From Escherichia phage phiWec179, in sequence record LC739533.1: a stretch of 64,000 nt of DNA; one strand, written 5' to 3'. The notes below the pieces were generated by a model that was given only the letters and a program-made list of their open reading frames with translations, ran no database searches and was not told where the DNA came from. Made by a program: the position numbers and the translations under genes. Each line of letters begins with the position of its first letter. Within the stretch, counting starts at the first letter, position 1. Below, in pieces: positions 9,884-19,286 of this stretch.

Positions 9884-10228
9884 TTACTTTTTACGGAGTG
9901 ATCGTTTCTTGGCTGGTGAATCTACTGCTTCAACTTTCAGAACTTCCTGCTCAACTTCAATCTCTTTGTAGTCTTCGAAGCTGACAAGGAAATACCCCAT
10001 ATGCTCTTCACTACTAAACGGATGAACCAACAGACCAGTTTCTTCACGCAGACGTTGTAAGAAATGAATAAAATTACCACCTAAAGCAACACGACCATCT
10101 TTCAGATAGAAAGACATTGGAGGTGCTTGGGTGAGAGTCTTCTCTGCATCCAGATTGCTCACGAGCTTAGAGAAGTCCTGAATCATTTCGTGGTAGCTGA
10201 AGTAACGTTTTAATTGTGGGTTTGACAT
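9884..10228 (-). CDS. Hypothetical head-tail connector protein
   Basis: 114 aa ORF immediately after terminator that follows capsid gene. Confidence 0.4.
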   Translation of the reverse strand: MSNPQLKRYFSYHEMIQDFSKLVSNLDAEKTLTQAPPMSFYLKDGRVALGGNFIHFLQRLREETGLLVHPFSSEEHMGYFLVSFEDYKEIEVEQEVLKVEAVDSPAKKRSLRKK

Positions 10229-10261
10229 AATAATCTCCTCGGTATATAGTGTTCATATAAC

Positions 10262-10296
10262 AAAAAAGGCTCGCCCATCACGGACGAGCCTCTTTT
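10262..10296 (-). terminator. Rho-independent terminator after major capsid gene
   Basis: GGCTCG...CGAGCC hairpin followed by TTTTTT on minus strand. Confidence 0.6.
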
Positions 10297-10310
10297 AGAA
10301 CAGAGTTCTA

Positions 10311-11309
10311 TTAAGCAGTGGTCAGACGAACGATCAGTTCTGGGCGAACGTTAACTGCCAGAAGAGAGAATTCAGACTGAAGACTTACAGTACGGTGCTC
10401 ACTGATCATGAACGTGTACAGTTCACGAGCAACAGTGTTAGCCAGTTCTGGAGTATCAGCAGGAGCGTAGTGCGCCTGGAACATATCCGCGATACCCATA
10501 GGCAGAACATATGCTTCACCAGCAGGGATGTTACCGTGAATATCTTCGATGTAGGTTACGCCGTTCCATTCGAACACCTGAACGTCCATGTTACCGTTCA
10601 AACGGTCACGCAGAAGGTTAGGAGTACCCTGGAAGTACTGGTAAGCCTGACGAACGAACGGAGAGTTAACCAGAGAAGCGAAGAACTCACGAGAGCACAG
10701 AGCAACGATACGAGTAGCGGTAGAACCGTCTTGTTTTTCGTCGATGATGTATGCACGAGCTTCTTGCTCAACGGTAGCCGCTGGAGAAACAGTGGTAGAA
10801 GCGAAATCTACAGGAACTGATTTCTGGGTAGCGCCCCACTCGGTGTACCAGTTGTACGCAGAGTTAGCAGCGCCGCCGCCAGTGTATGCACGACCCATTA
10901 CTGCTTCAGCAAAGATCTTCTCTTTGGTTTTTGCAGCATCACGCAGAATCTGCGTCATATAACGGTTAACTACTTCTGCTTCAGTACGCAGAGAGTCGTT
11001 GATACCAGCCATAGCGAAGCTACGGAAAGACTGGATATCTTGAGCTTTGATGTTCTTATCCAGTGGGAAGAATGGGATACGGAACACTTTGACTTCTGGA
11101 GTATCCATAGTCAGGAAGTTACGCTCACCACCACGTTCACGGGCAGGGATCAGACCATCTTGAGTTTTTTGTTTGCCGATTTCAACAACGGTAGTTGCAT
11201 GGTACTGTACATCAAACAGACCCAGGCTGGCAATCAGTGTATCAGGAGTATCCTGAAGTTCGATCATTGGGCTGAAATCAACAACCTGATCTAAAATTAC
11301 TGCTGGCAT
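10311..11309 (-). CDS. Major capsid protein (tentative)
   Basis: 332 aa ORF after scaffold-like gene, own strong terminator; position in portal-scaffold-capsid order. Confidence 0.5.
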   Translation of the reverse strand: MPAVILDQVVDFSPMIELQDTPDTLIASLGLFDVQYHATTVVEIGKQKTQDGLIPARERGGERNFLTMDTPEVKVFRIPFFPLDKNIKAQDIQSFRSFAMAGINDSLRTEAEVVNRYMTQILRDAAKTKEKIFAEAVMGRAYTGGGAANSAYNWYTEWGATQKSVPVDFASTTVSPAATVEQEARAYIIDEKQDGSTATRIVALCSREFFASLVNSPFVRQAYQYFQGTPNLLRDRLNGNMDVQVFEWNGVTYIEDIHGNIPAGEAYVLPMGIADMFQAHYAPADTPELANTVARELYTFMISEHRTVSLQSEFSLLAVNVRPELIVRLTTA

Positions 11310-11331
11310 TATATTAATCTCCTATCAAAAA

Positions 11332-11724
11332 TTAAGAAGTGAAAACGACTTTTTCAGTCAGTTTCAGATCACGAGTTTCCAGTGCTGCTACGCCAGCGTC
11401 GTCAATCAGATTACCGTTGCTATAGAATACAGCAAAACGGTTCAGAGTCAGGTCGCGTACACCAACAACGGCGGTGAAAGTGTCACCAACTGCAACATCA
11501 TCGATACCGAACAGAGCATCAGTCCACAGCAGAACTTTAGCAGCATCAGCGGCAGCGGCAGCTTCGGTGTTGTCAGCTTTCAGTACGGAACCAATTTTCA
11601 TGGTTGCGGTTTTAACCAGGTTTACTTCGCGTACACAGTGTCCGAGGTCAGAGCTAAAAACTCCACCCAGAACCAGGTGTCCGAATTCCTGGCGAGAGTT
11701 AGATAAAGTAATTCCTTTAGCCAT
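11332..11724 (-). CDS. Hypothetical head protein (decoration-like?)
   Basis: 130 aa ORF between scaffold and capsid candidates. Confidence 0.35.
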   Translation of the reverse strand: MAKGITLSNSRQEFGHLVLGGVFSSDLGHCVREVNLVKTATMKIGSVLKADNTEAAAAADAAKVLLWTDALFGIDDVAVGDTFTAVVGVRDLTLNRFAVFYSNGNLIDDAGVAALETRDLKLTEKVVFTS

Positions 11725-11743
11725 TTAATTTAATCTCCTAAGA

Positions 11744-12862
11744 TTATTGTTTCTGGGCTTTTTTGAGTTCGGCAGCTTTCTGACGAATCAGTTCAGATGC
11801 AGACTTGGCAACAACTTCAACATTGGCAACATCAGCGCCTTGTTCTTTACCAAACTCTTTCTTAACTGCTTCAACTTCTGCACGGGCTTTTTCGAATGCG
11901 TTAACAACAGTTTCAGCGATCTCTTTATTATCGATCAGGTATTTAACCAGAGCTTCAACTTTTTCTTCTTCTACGAAAGCGTAGGACTTAACAACAGTGG
12001 TGTACTCTTCTTCGATACGAGCCAGTTCAGCTTTACGAAGTTCTTCTGCTGCGAGTTCTGCTTTAGCGATCTTTTCCTGTGCTGCCAGTTCTGCTTGTTC
12101 ACGGGCTTCTGTCGCTGCTTTTTCTACAGCTTCAGCAATCTGTGCTTTCATCAGGTCTTGGAATTCGGCAGATTTCAGGAATTCTTCTTTGTTAATATTT
12201 TCCAAAGGTAATTCTCCTTTATTGATTCCAGTTGTGTTTGCAGATTTGTCACCTGCGGGGTTAGCCTCTGCATCCACAGAGTTCTTATTGGTTTGAGCAT
12301 TATGTGCTTTCACCAGATAATCTTTAACTTGATCGTGTTTCAGAGCACCTTTAATAAGATCGCCAAGAGCATCTTCGATCAGGTCTTCAAAGAAATCGAC
12401 GGAAACCATAACGTCACCATCAACAACTTGATAATCGGTAGTACGTACAACAGGTTTAGCAACTTCAGCCAGTTCAACAACTAATCCGTTCAAAGTGAAG
12501 TCCACAGCAAACATGCCGTGATCAGAACAGAAGATTGCAACGTTAGCATCAAAGTCTACATCTGCCAGCCAAACCCAGTCCCAACATGTGGAGAACTTTT
12601 CGTTTACAGCGTTGGCGATGCGGTCCATTACTTGCTGAATGTAACCTTTACGTAATTCAGTAACGTCTTCACCCATTTTAGCCAGAGCTTCGATTTTCTC
12701 GAAGGTCACTTCAGGAGAGCCGTCAGATTTAAAAAGCAGTGGGGTATTGTAACCAGACGCTGCACCACCTTGAAAATCGAAAGTGTATGCGATATGTGCG
12801 CCCAGAGTTTCTTCCGTAGCTTTACCCGAAAAGTCTACGTTAGTAAGATATGTATTTGCCAC
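11744..12862 (-). CDS. Head scaffolding protein (tentative)
   Basis: 372 aa; C-terminal half highly charged alpha-helical repeats (AEELRKAELARIEEE, KAELAAQEKIAKAEL). Confidence 0.45.
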   Translation of the reverse strand: MANTYLTNVDFSGKATEETLGAHIAYTFDFQGGAASGYNTPLLFKSDGSPEVTFEKIEALAKMGEDVTELRKGYIQQVMDRIANAVNEKFSTCWDWVWLADVDFDANVAIFCSDHGMFAVDFTLNGLVVELAEVAKPVVRTTDYQVVDGDVMVSVDFFEDLIEDALGDLIKGALKHDQVKDYLVKAHNAQTNKNSVDAEANPAGDKSANTTGINKGELPLENINKEEFLKSAEFQDLMKAQIAEAVEKAATEAREQAELAAQEKIAKAELAAEELRKAELARIEEEYTTVVKSYAFVEEEKVEALVKYLIDNKEIAETVVNAFEKARAEVEAVKKEFGKEQGADVANVEVVAKSASELIRQKAAELKKAQKQ

Positions 12863-12864
12863 AA

Positions 12865-13344
12865 TTAGTCCTTCTTGACTTTCACGCCCATCGCACCTAT
12901 ACTCAAACCTTTAAGAACACCGTCCTTACGAGCTTGATACAGTTCAGGGTCGTTGAATTGGATTTTAACGAGGGGAGTTCCTTCCACAACGAGTTCGTCA
13001 CCAATGTAACAATCAACTTCGTTCACCCAAGCTTTAACTGGAGCAAATTTGTCTGTGTTCTTCATGTGACCAAGATTACCACTTACGTTAGTAATATTCT
13101 CATTGAAGTTGTCTACCATCTTCCTGATTTCCATATCGGACATACGCTCACCGTGGAGGTCGTCTTTTTCAGGTGGACAATACAATACCTCAATAACCTG
13201 CATTTGCTCTTCGTCAAACTTATTATGTTTGATTACTGTTTGAGGTTGTTGAGGAGGTGTAGAATCTTGTTGGGATGGGGTTGATTCTTTCATACCGCTG
13301 AACGATTTGAAGAGTTCCCAGAGTGTATCTTTATTAAGTTCCAT
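12865..13344 (-). CDS. Hypothetical head assembly protein
   Basis: 159 aa ORF between portal and scaffold candidates. Confidence 0.35.
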   Translation of the reverse strand: MELNKDTLWELFKSFSGMKESTPSQQDSTPPQQPQTVIKHNKFDEEQMQVIEVLYCPPEKDDLHGERMSDMEIRKMVDNFNENITNVSGNLGHMKNTDKFAPVKAWVNEVDCYIGDELVVEGTPLVKIQFNDPELYQARKDGVLKGLSIGAMGVKVKKD

Positions 13345-13435
13345 ATGAACCTCTTAAAAACAAATATCCCATAAATCTTAGTCTACAGGATATTCGTCAT
13401 TTTGTCAATACCTAAAATCAAAAAAGTTTAATTTT

Positions 13436-15001
13436 TTAATTCGATAAGTTTGCTGCTGATGGATCAAGAGCCGAAACGCTGGTGGATGTACCTGTACCTG
13501 CGGTCGCCATACCGTCTCCAGAACGTGAAGTTTTATCTGGCATGAATGTCTCCATATATTCTACGAATTTATCCTTGTCAGAAACAATGTCGTCTGGTAT
13601 ACGATAATCAAAGCCTAACTTCTCTAAGAACTCGTTGATAATTTCCGCTGTAAGTGGAATAGCTCCTGCTGCAACAATCTGTTGGATCGCTTTAGCGTTT
13701 ACTTCAATATCAGGATCGCCCATTTCACCACTAACAAACTTCGGCATATCTTCATCGGAAAGGAAGATATTGTTTAAGCGAAGTGCTTGTGGGATCAATT
13801 GAGAGTTAATAGCTTCAACAACAATATCTACATCACGTTCAATGAAGTGTGAGAGCAGGGTCTGTTTATTATCGGACAATGCAAAGCTGCCAGCGTCCCC
13901 GTCACCCATTATCAATACACCCGCACCAAAACGGTTGTAAATATCCAGTTTACGTTGTTTGATCAGTTCTTGCGTATCAAACTGTTTACCAGCCCCTTCT
14001 ACACCTTGGAACACCAGGTCATACTGACGCATAACAGTGCCTTCATAAACGTCTGAAGGTAATACCATATATGCTTGCTCACCAGAGTGTAGGTTAGCAA
14101 TGTTTGCCTGGAGCACGCGTAAGGACTGTGCTTCATCTCCGGCAGGGTCAAGAGATGCGCGGTTAAGAATATCGCTCGGTACTTTCAGAACAGGCATACC
14201 GCCCAAATCTTTAGAAACACCGATAACTTCGAATTCTTGAATTAAAGATTTTTCACGCCAGCTACGATATACAGCCAACAGAGGTGACACACCCAGAGGA
14301 TTGTTTTCTGTGATATTGCTACCAACAAAAATAACCTTGTTCATGGGGATTTGACGTACACCCAGTTGTAGCTTACTATTACCTGGAGCCAACATAGTAT
14401 TGGTGATGTTCTGGTTTACCGAAATAACGGAGCGACCATCATCAGAATAGGTGAAAGGGTTTGACATATCCAAAGTATCTTGCGGTCGGAAAGCAAGCTT
14501 AGTGAGACGATAATAGCCATAGTATGGACTCTTCGGATCTTCGTCAAGTTCAAACACCTTTTCAGCAAATGCAAAACCGAACTGCTTATATGTAAGAAGA
14601 GATCTCACATACTGGCGTAATGGTGCTTGCATGTTGCGTAACATGTATTCAATAAACTTTGCAGCTTTTCTTGACTTGGCAGAGTTTACGTTGTATTTTA
14701 TTTTAAAGTCGAAAAATGCTCTGTCTACGAAAATGTATGTTGCATCAAGAGCGGTAGCAACATCTGGGTCTTCACCCATTTCCTTATAAGTACGGATGTT
14801 TTCAGGAAAGCGTGTTTCATACGGTTGCATGAAGTTAGTGAATGCTTTGATTGAGTTCAACCCAATCGTCCCGATTTCAGGAGAGAGAAGTAAACTCTTT
14901 TCTTTCTCTGCCTGTTTTGACGGAGAGAGAGCAGCTTTGTTCACTGCACTTTGTTTCCAGTAATCCGACTTCTTAGTGTACTGTCTTTTTTCTGTTGACA
15001 C
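13436..15001 (-). CDS. Portal protein (tentative)
   Basis: 521 aa ORF directly downstream of terminase large subunit; GTG start at 14999-15001 with GGAGGAAG RBS. Confidence 0.5.
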   Translation of the reverse strand: MSTEKRQYTKKSDYWKQSAVNKAALSPSKQAEKEKSLLLSPEIGTIGLNSIKAFTNFMQPYETRFPENIRTYKEMGEDPDVATALDATYIFVDRAFFDFKIKYNVNSAKSRKAAKFIEYMLRNMQAPLRQYVRSLLTYKQFGFAFAEKVFELDEDPKSPYYGYYRLTKLAFRPQDTLDMSNPFTYSDDGRSVISVNQNITNTMLAPGNSKLQLGVRQIPMNKVIFVGSNITENNPLGVSPLLAVYRSWREKSLIQEFEVIGVSKDLGGMPVLKVPSDILNRASLDPAGDEAQSLRVLQANIANLHSGEQAYMVLPSDVYEGTVMRQYDLVFQGVEGAGKQFDTQELIKQRKLDIYNRFGAGVLIMGDGDAGSFALSDNKQTLLSHFIERDVDIVVEAINSQLIPQALRLNNIFLSDEDMPKFVSGEMGDPDIEVNAKAIQQIVAAGAIPLTAEIINEFLEKLGFDYRIPDDIVSDKDKFVEYMETFMPDKTSRSGDGMATAGTGTSTSVSALDPSAANLSN

Positions 15002-15104
15002 TTTCTTCCTCCGGCACTGTGCTTAAAGATCAATAGGGCAAGGGTTAAATAAATTAACCCGCCCATAAAGTCATTGTACACTTTAAAGTAACTTTTGTCA
15101 ACAA

Positions 15105-17183
15105 TTATCTTCGACGAGGAGTACTTACAGTAGTGAAATGCCTGGAGTTCATGTTACTGTACCCAGTAGGTGCATTTGTTGTTGTAGGTATCGCTACAGC
15201 CTTGTGTGCCGTCTCTTTCGCCAGAGTGTTGAAGCAAGATGCTGCGGCATCTGGAAGGTCATCTTTAAGCATTGCTGTAGATCGTTCACCGTTAAAAGAT
15301 TCCAATTCTTTATAAAAGTGATTCAAAGTTTCAATGTTAGGAAATGAATCTTCTACGATATAAACAAAACCATTCTGACAGGCACTACTGAACGGCATGA
15401 AACGTTGAAGTTTCTTTTTGTTGCCTGGCATTGCGTCGGGTTTAACAACAAAACCTTCAACAATAAGTTTCTTAGCTGATTCCGTATATTCAATGAGTCC
15501 AGCACCAGACGGGTCTTTTGGAAGAACGATCTGAACATCTGGTCCATCAATCTTAGCCTGTTGGAGGATCAGGTTATCCCTGTCACCAGGTAAGCGTCGG
15601 AATCTTCCGAAAACTTTACTCTTCTCGTCTATAGCGTCGTAATCATAATCCCCGAAGATATAAATGTTCCCGTTTAGGTCTTTACCCATCTTAACCGATG
15701 CTGTATAGTCGGGATAACGATAACGTTCACTTGGAACGGATACAGCTTTATCCCATGCACGCATATACTTCATGTTGTTAGGAACATCTTTGTATTCTAT
15801 CTTGTGAAGCCATTCACGTTGGAAGAATGATTCCTCTTGAATACGGGCAAACCAACAACCATCCAGAAGCTGTGCTCGCTTGATCGCTGTCTGCGATTTA
15901 AGAGAAGCCAGGTATTTCGGGTTAAGGCGAATCAGTTCAGGGTTATCAAAGATCGTACCGCCGATAAACACAAACGTTTGAGGTTCGATCGTAACAATCT
16001 CACCAGTGTTTGGGTTCTCCATGAAACAGTTTTCAGGATACTTCTCTTTAAGTTCCTCTGCTGTGTCGGCAAATACAGGCTCATCATTTACAATAATGAA
16101 GTAGGTTTGTTTACCACACATATCTTCACGAGGATAACCGCCTTCGTCAAGATAAGGTAACACCCAGTTCAGTACCCAGCTATCCGCATCGGGGTTACAG
16201 GTACAGAGCATGAAAGATGTTTCTGACTCGGAACGCATACGACCGAGAAGATAAAGCATCTCGTACTGGGTGAAATGGGTGAGTTCGTCAAAACCAACCA
16301 TACTGTACTGTGTACCCTGATGGTTAGTCTCGGCTGTAACGTTATCGTTCTCCAGATGGTCAAACTTCAAAGTACCACCGTTAGTGGCCTCAAAGATAAT
16401 GTCCATCGTACTTTCTTTTACGTGTGGTTGTAAAGGAAGATACAAACGTTTAGCTTCTGTAAACAAACCCCCTGGCTTACGGTGTGCAGTAGTGTTCTTA
16501 CGGAATAAGATACCACCGAACAAAGGATCTTTATAGGCAAACTTAAGGGCTTTTAGCAGAAGCAGACGAGACTTGCCGCTATTGCCAGTAACGAAGCAGT
16601 GATTGCCCCGTCTAAGGACAATATAGCTACTTGGAGTTTCAAAGCAATATTTCTTATCATCAGATGTAATAACCTCGTGTATTTTTAAATAAGTGTTTTG
16701 TTTGCCTGGGATGTTAAATGGAACGCGCTTACCGAACGGATCTTCAATGTATCCTTTCAGTGGTGCTCCTGCTTGTTGCAGAGCAATAAGATCTCCCACA
16801 GCAATCTCAAAATGTTTTTTGGATTTCTTTTTCTTGTAAAAGACGAAACGATGCTCCATACTCAACTCTTGGAACACTCCTGCACCATTAGTGATTCGGT
16901 ACAGGTTGTCATCTTTCATATCGTATTCTACGAAGTAAGGTGTGACCAACTCTAAGCGTTTTCTCTTAGGATTATACTGGTAGATATCTTCTCCACTGTA
17001 CTGACTTATTTGTTTCCAACCATCACGGGTAAGATACTCTGTTTCAGCAGATACACAACCTGCGGCACCACCGTAAATCATAACTTCCGGCATTAGATCC
17101 ATTGCCAGCGTCTGTTTACCTGGTTGAGCCTTTACTTCGATATCAGCGCCAGCTAAACTGCCAGCCGCTTTTTTCTTAGCCAC
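15105..17183 (-). CDS. terL: Terminase large subunit, intein-containing precursor
   Basis: N-terminal YGGAAG ... SGKS split Walker A, Walker B-like VGFDELTHF, nuclease-type C-terminal region; GTG start with AAGGAGG RBS. Confidence 0.8.
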   Translation of the reverse strand: MAKKKAAGSLAGADIEVKAQPGKQTLAMDLMPEVMIYGGAAGCVSAETEYLTRDGWKQISQYSGEDIYQYNPKRKRLELVTPYFVEYDMKDDNLYRITNGAGVFQELSMEHRFVFYKKKKSKKHFEIAVGDLIALQQAGAPLKGYIEDPFGKRVPFNIPGKQNTYLKIHEVITSDDKKYCFETPSSYIVLRRGNHCFVTGNSGKSRLLLLKALKFAYKDPLFGGILFRKNTTAHRKPGGLFTEAKRLYLPLQPHVKESTMDIIFEATNGGTLKFDHLENDNVTAETNHQGTQYSMVGFDELTHFTQYEMLYLLGRMRSESETSFMLCTCNPDADSWVLNWVLPYLDEGGYPREDMCGKQTYFIIVNDEPVFADTAEELKEKYPENCFMENPNTGEIVTIEPQTFVFIGGTIFDNPELIRLNPKYLASLKSQTAIKRAQLLDGCWFARIQEESFFQREWLHKIEYKDVPNNMKYMRAWDKAVSVPSERYRYPDYTASVKMGKDLNGNIYIFGDYDYDAIDEKSKVFGRFRRLPGDRDNLILQQAKIDGPDVQIVLPKDPSGAGLIEYTESAKKLIVEGFVVKPDAMPGNKKKLQRFMPFSSACQNGFVYIVEDSFPNIETLNHFYKELESFNGERSTAMLKDDLPDAAASCFNTLAKETAHKAVAIPTTTNAPTGYSNMNSRHFTTVSTPRRR
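16581..17057 (-). mobile_element. Mini-intein inserted in terminase P-loop (159 aa)
   Basis: Insert begins with Cys (CVSAETEY...), ends ...CFVTGN followed by Ser; removing it restores YGGAAGSGKS. No homing endonuclease domain evident. Confidence 0.6.
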
Positions 17184-17192
17184 TTCTCCTCC

Positions 17193-17519
17193 TTACTTAC
17201 TGATAATCCCTTTCTCTTGCAGAGCCTTAATGTAGTTTTGCAGACCGATTACTTTATTACGATCTTGACTCCAGAGAACATTGTTTGTGGTTCCGTTGTC
17301 AACAACTTCTGAACGAGAAACACCTTTCGCCACTTGTTGATCCGTATACGGCACTGGCTCACTTACACCCTCCATAAGAGAGGATTCTGGAGCTTTGACT
17401 TCTTGTACCGCAACAGCTTTACATTCATCAATTAGAATCGGGGAGGCTTTTGTTGAGGATGCGCAACCCGTCATCATTAGGGCCGAAGCAAGACATAGAC
17501 CCAGTAGTAGTTTTTGCAT
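17193..17519 (-). CDS. Outer-membrane lipoprotein, o-spanin-like
   Basis: Signal peptide MQKLLLGLCLASALMMTG-C lipobox; start overlaps 3' end of i-spanin-like ORF in another frame. Confidence 0.45.
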   Translation of the reverse strand: MQKLLLGLCLASALMMTGCASSTKASPILIDECKAVAVQEVKAPESSLMEGVSEPVPYTDQQVAKGVSRSEVVDNGTTNNVLWSQDRNKVIGLQNYIKALQEKGIISK

Positions 17520-17835
17520 AGTTTGTTTTCTCCTCGTTTATCTTCTTTTCCTTGTTTGCTAAATCTTTTCTCAATTGAGCATTCTTGGCAGAGAGTGAAG
17601 CGATTTGGTTATTAAGAGCGAGACGTTCATCATCTGCTTTCTTTTGAAGAACATCAAAATCTTGTTTTGCTTTTGCTTGTTGTTGCTGATAGATAGTTAC
17701 TTGGTGCTGTTCTCCAGCAGTGTAACCATTATCATATAAAGCCTTTCCGCCGAAGTATAAACCAGCTAAAAGGGCTACTAACAGAAGAATAACGTAAAAC
17801 CATTTACTCTTCAGAATCATTGGTATCAGGTTCAT
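17428..17835 (-). CDS. i-spanin-like protein (N-terminal TM plus coiled coil)
   Basis: N-terminal hydrophobic helix then periplasmic coiled coil (QQQQAKAKQDFDVLQKKADDERLALNNQIASLSAKNAQLRKDL); overlapped by lipoprotein gene. Confidence 0.45.
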   Translation of the reverse strand: MNLIPMILKSKWFYVILLLVALLAGLYFGGKALYDNGYTAGEQHQVTIYQQQQAKAKQDFDVLQKKADDERLALNNQIASLSAKNAQLRKDLANKEKKINEEKTNYAKTTTGSMSCFGPNDDGLRILNKSLPDSN

Positions 17836-18100
17836 CTTTAAATCTCACTTTCGGTAAGGATGGAGAGTTATTCACTACCTTCTTCACTTCCATCGGTTGG
17901 GCTTCCGCAAGAATCTCTTCCCACGTCTTCTCGATCATCATCTAATTCGTCCTCAAGATCCCATTGACGGGAATAATCATTCTTTCTGTCGCGGTGGACA
18001 GAAGATTTGTTAAAATCATTCTTAACTACAAAGTTGCGCATATTTTATCCTCCTCAATATTGATCTTATCACAAAACATATACACAATGCAAGCCCTAAA

Positions 18101-18132
18101 AATAAAAAGCCCCTAACCTTTCGGAAAGGGGT
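18101..18132 (-). terminator. Rho-independent terminator
   Basis: GGGG/CCCC-closed hairpin followed by T-run on minus strand. Confidence 0.4.
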
Positions 18133-18181
18133 TGTTAAAATAACAAGGAGGAGAGGGCAAAGCGCCCCAAGAGAGGAGAGG

Positions 18182-18472
18182 TTAAATTACAATTTTCTTA
18201 GGCTGTTCTTCCACAACGGTAGGCGTTTCTTCCTCCATTGCTTCATAATGTTCTTCCAACCAGTCTTCGACTTGCTCTTTAATGGCTTTCGCTGCTTGGA
18301 ATCGGAGAGGTTTTGCTGCTTCGTTGTCATACACAAGTTCAACGATGTATTTCATGGCTGCGAGATAGTTCTCGGCAAACAATTCCTTCACTGTTGCTTG
18401 TGCTGCATCCATAGCGTAAATTTGTTGCATTTCTGCGGTAGGTCGTCCACGACCACGTTTAAGTTTAGGCAT
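18182..18472 (-). CDS. Small basic protein (possible DNA-binding / small terminase candidate)
   Basis: 96 aa; N-terminal KLKRGRGRPT basic motif; position upstream of terminase. Confidence 0.35.
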   Translation of the reverse strand: MPKLKRGRGRPTAEMQQIYAMDAAQATVKELFAENYLAAMKYIVELVYDNEAAKPLRFQAAKAIKEQVEDWLEEHYEAMEEETPTVVEEQPKKIVI

Positions 18473-18562
18473 GTGTATTCCTCCTACAATTTATCGTATC
18501 ATAAAAATATTCTTGTGTCAAGTTTTACTTTTACATGTACAACTGACATACCAATAACCCAG

Positions 18563-18590
18563 AAACAAAAAAGCCTCCACGAGGGAGGCT
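18563..18590 (-). terminator. Rho-independent terminator
   Basis: GCCTCC-ACGAG-GGAGGC hairpin followed by TTTTTTGTTTC on minus strand. Confidence 0.5.
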
Positions 18591-18672
18591 CTATGCGAGT
18601 TAGGGTTAACATGTGTCCCTAATATCATTTTAACATTTCAGTATAAAAATGTCTTTAGGATAATTCTTATAA

Positions 18673-18943
18673 TTAAGGTCTGTTGATTACCTTAACAGTT
18701 TGTCCTTTGTCGTTCATCAGATAGGCTGATTCAGTTTTGTGAACAAAGATAACACGTTCACCTGCGATAACAGAGGCTACCACGCCATCTGGTCGATCAT
18801 AACCTTCCCAATGATACTGAATAATTACGTCATCCTCTAAGCAGTAAAAGAATTCTTCTTCATTTACATTGAAAGGGACGGTATTGTAAATCTTTACTTC
18901 ATCTTCTTTAGAAAATTTACGGATTGTTTTTAACGTATACATG
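18673..18943 (-). CDS. Hypothetical protein
   Basis: About 90 aa from ATG at 18943; the longer listed ORF to 19170 runs through tRNA genes and is rejected. Confidence 0.4.
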
Positions 18944-19049
18944 ATGTGTCCTATTAAGTATTTAGTGTTTAGTGGGTTGTGCGTTTTAGGAGTCGCACCC
19001 CTCCCTCTTAGAAGGAACCAGGCAAGGTCTTCAAAGATACCGCTGGCGC

Positions 19050-19128
19050 GATATTTGGAGGCGGGAATCGGATTCGAACCGATGATCTCCAGCATATGAA
19101 ACTGGCGAGGACGACCAAACTCCTCTAT
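19050..19128 (-). tRNA. tRNA with anticodon CAU (Met or Ile2)
   Basis: Hand-folded: acceptor AGCGGGA/TCCCGCC (1:72 mismatch), anticodon stem CCAGT/GCTGG, loop TTCATAT, T-arm ATCGG-TTCGAAT-CCGAT, encoded CCA. Confidence 0.6.
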
Positions 19129-19134
19129 CCCGCT

Positions 19135-19205
19135 ATTAGGTGTCCCGTGCTGGATTCGAACCAGCATCACAATAAGTTGTGGATCTCTTATCCTGTAAGT
19201 CTAAC
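19135..19205 (-). tRNA. tRNA-like element, non-canonical (no standard anticodon arm found)
   Basis: Perfect T-arm GCTGG-TTCGAAT-CCAGC and near-complementary acceptor strands, but the middle forms a CACAA/TTGTG tetraloop hairpin instead; no encoded CCA. Confidence 0.3.
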
Positions 19206-19206
19206 G

Positions 19207-19280
19207 GGAAACTGGTTGTTTCGACAAGAATCGAACTTGTGTCTCACGATTATCAGTCGTGGGTTCTACCATTGAACTAC
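19207..19280 (-). tRNA. tRNA-Ile (GAU)
   Basis: Acceptor TGTTTCG/CGAAACA, D-arm GTTC-AATGGTA-GAAC, anticodon arm CACGA-CTGATAA-TCGTG, T-arm ACAAG-TTCGATT-CTTGT, encoded ACCA. Confidence 0.75.
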
Positions 19281-19286
19281 GAAACA

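Noticed and set aside
11747-12484. Plus-strand ORFs 11747-12211, 11997-12296, 12293-12484 inside scaffold gene
   Set aside because: Antisense to a coding region; low-complexity Phe/Cys/Ser-rich translations typical of reverse-frame artefacts.
18944-19170. N-terminal extension of the listed 165-aa ORF 18673-19170
   Set aside because: The extension runs through the first tRNA gene and has no RBS; the real gene starts at ATG 18943.
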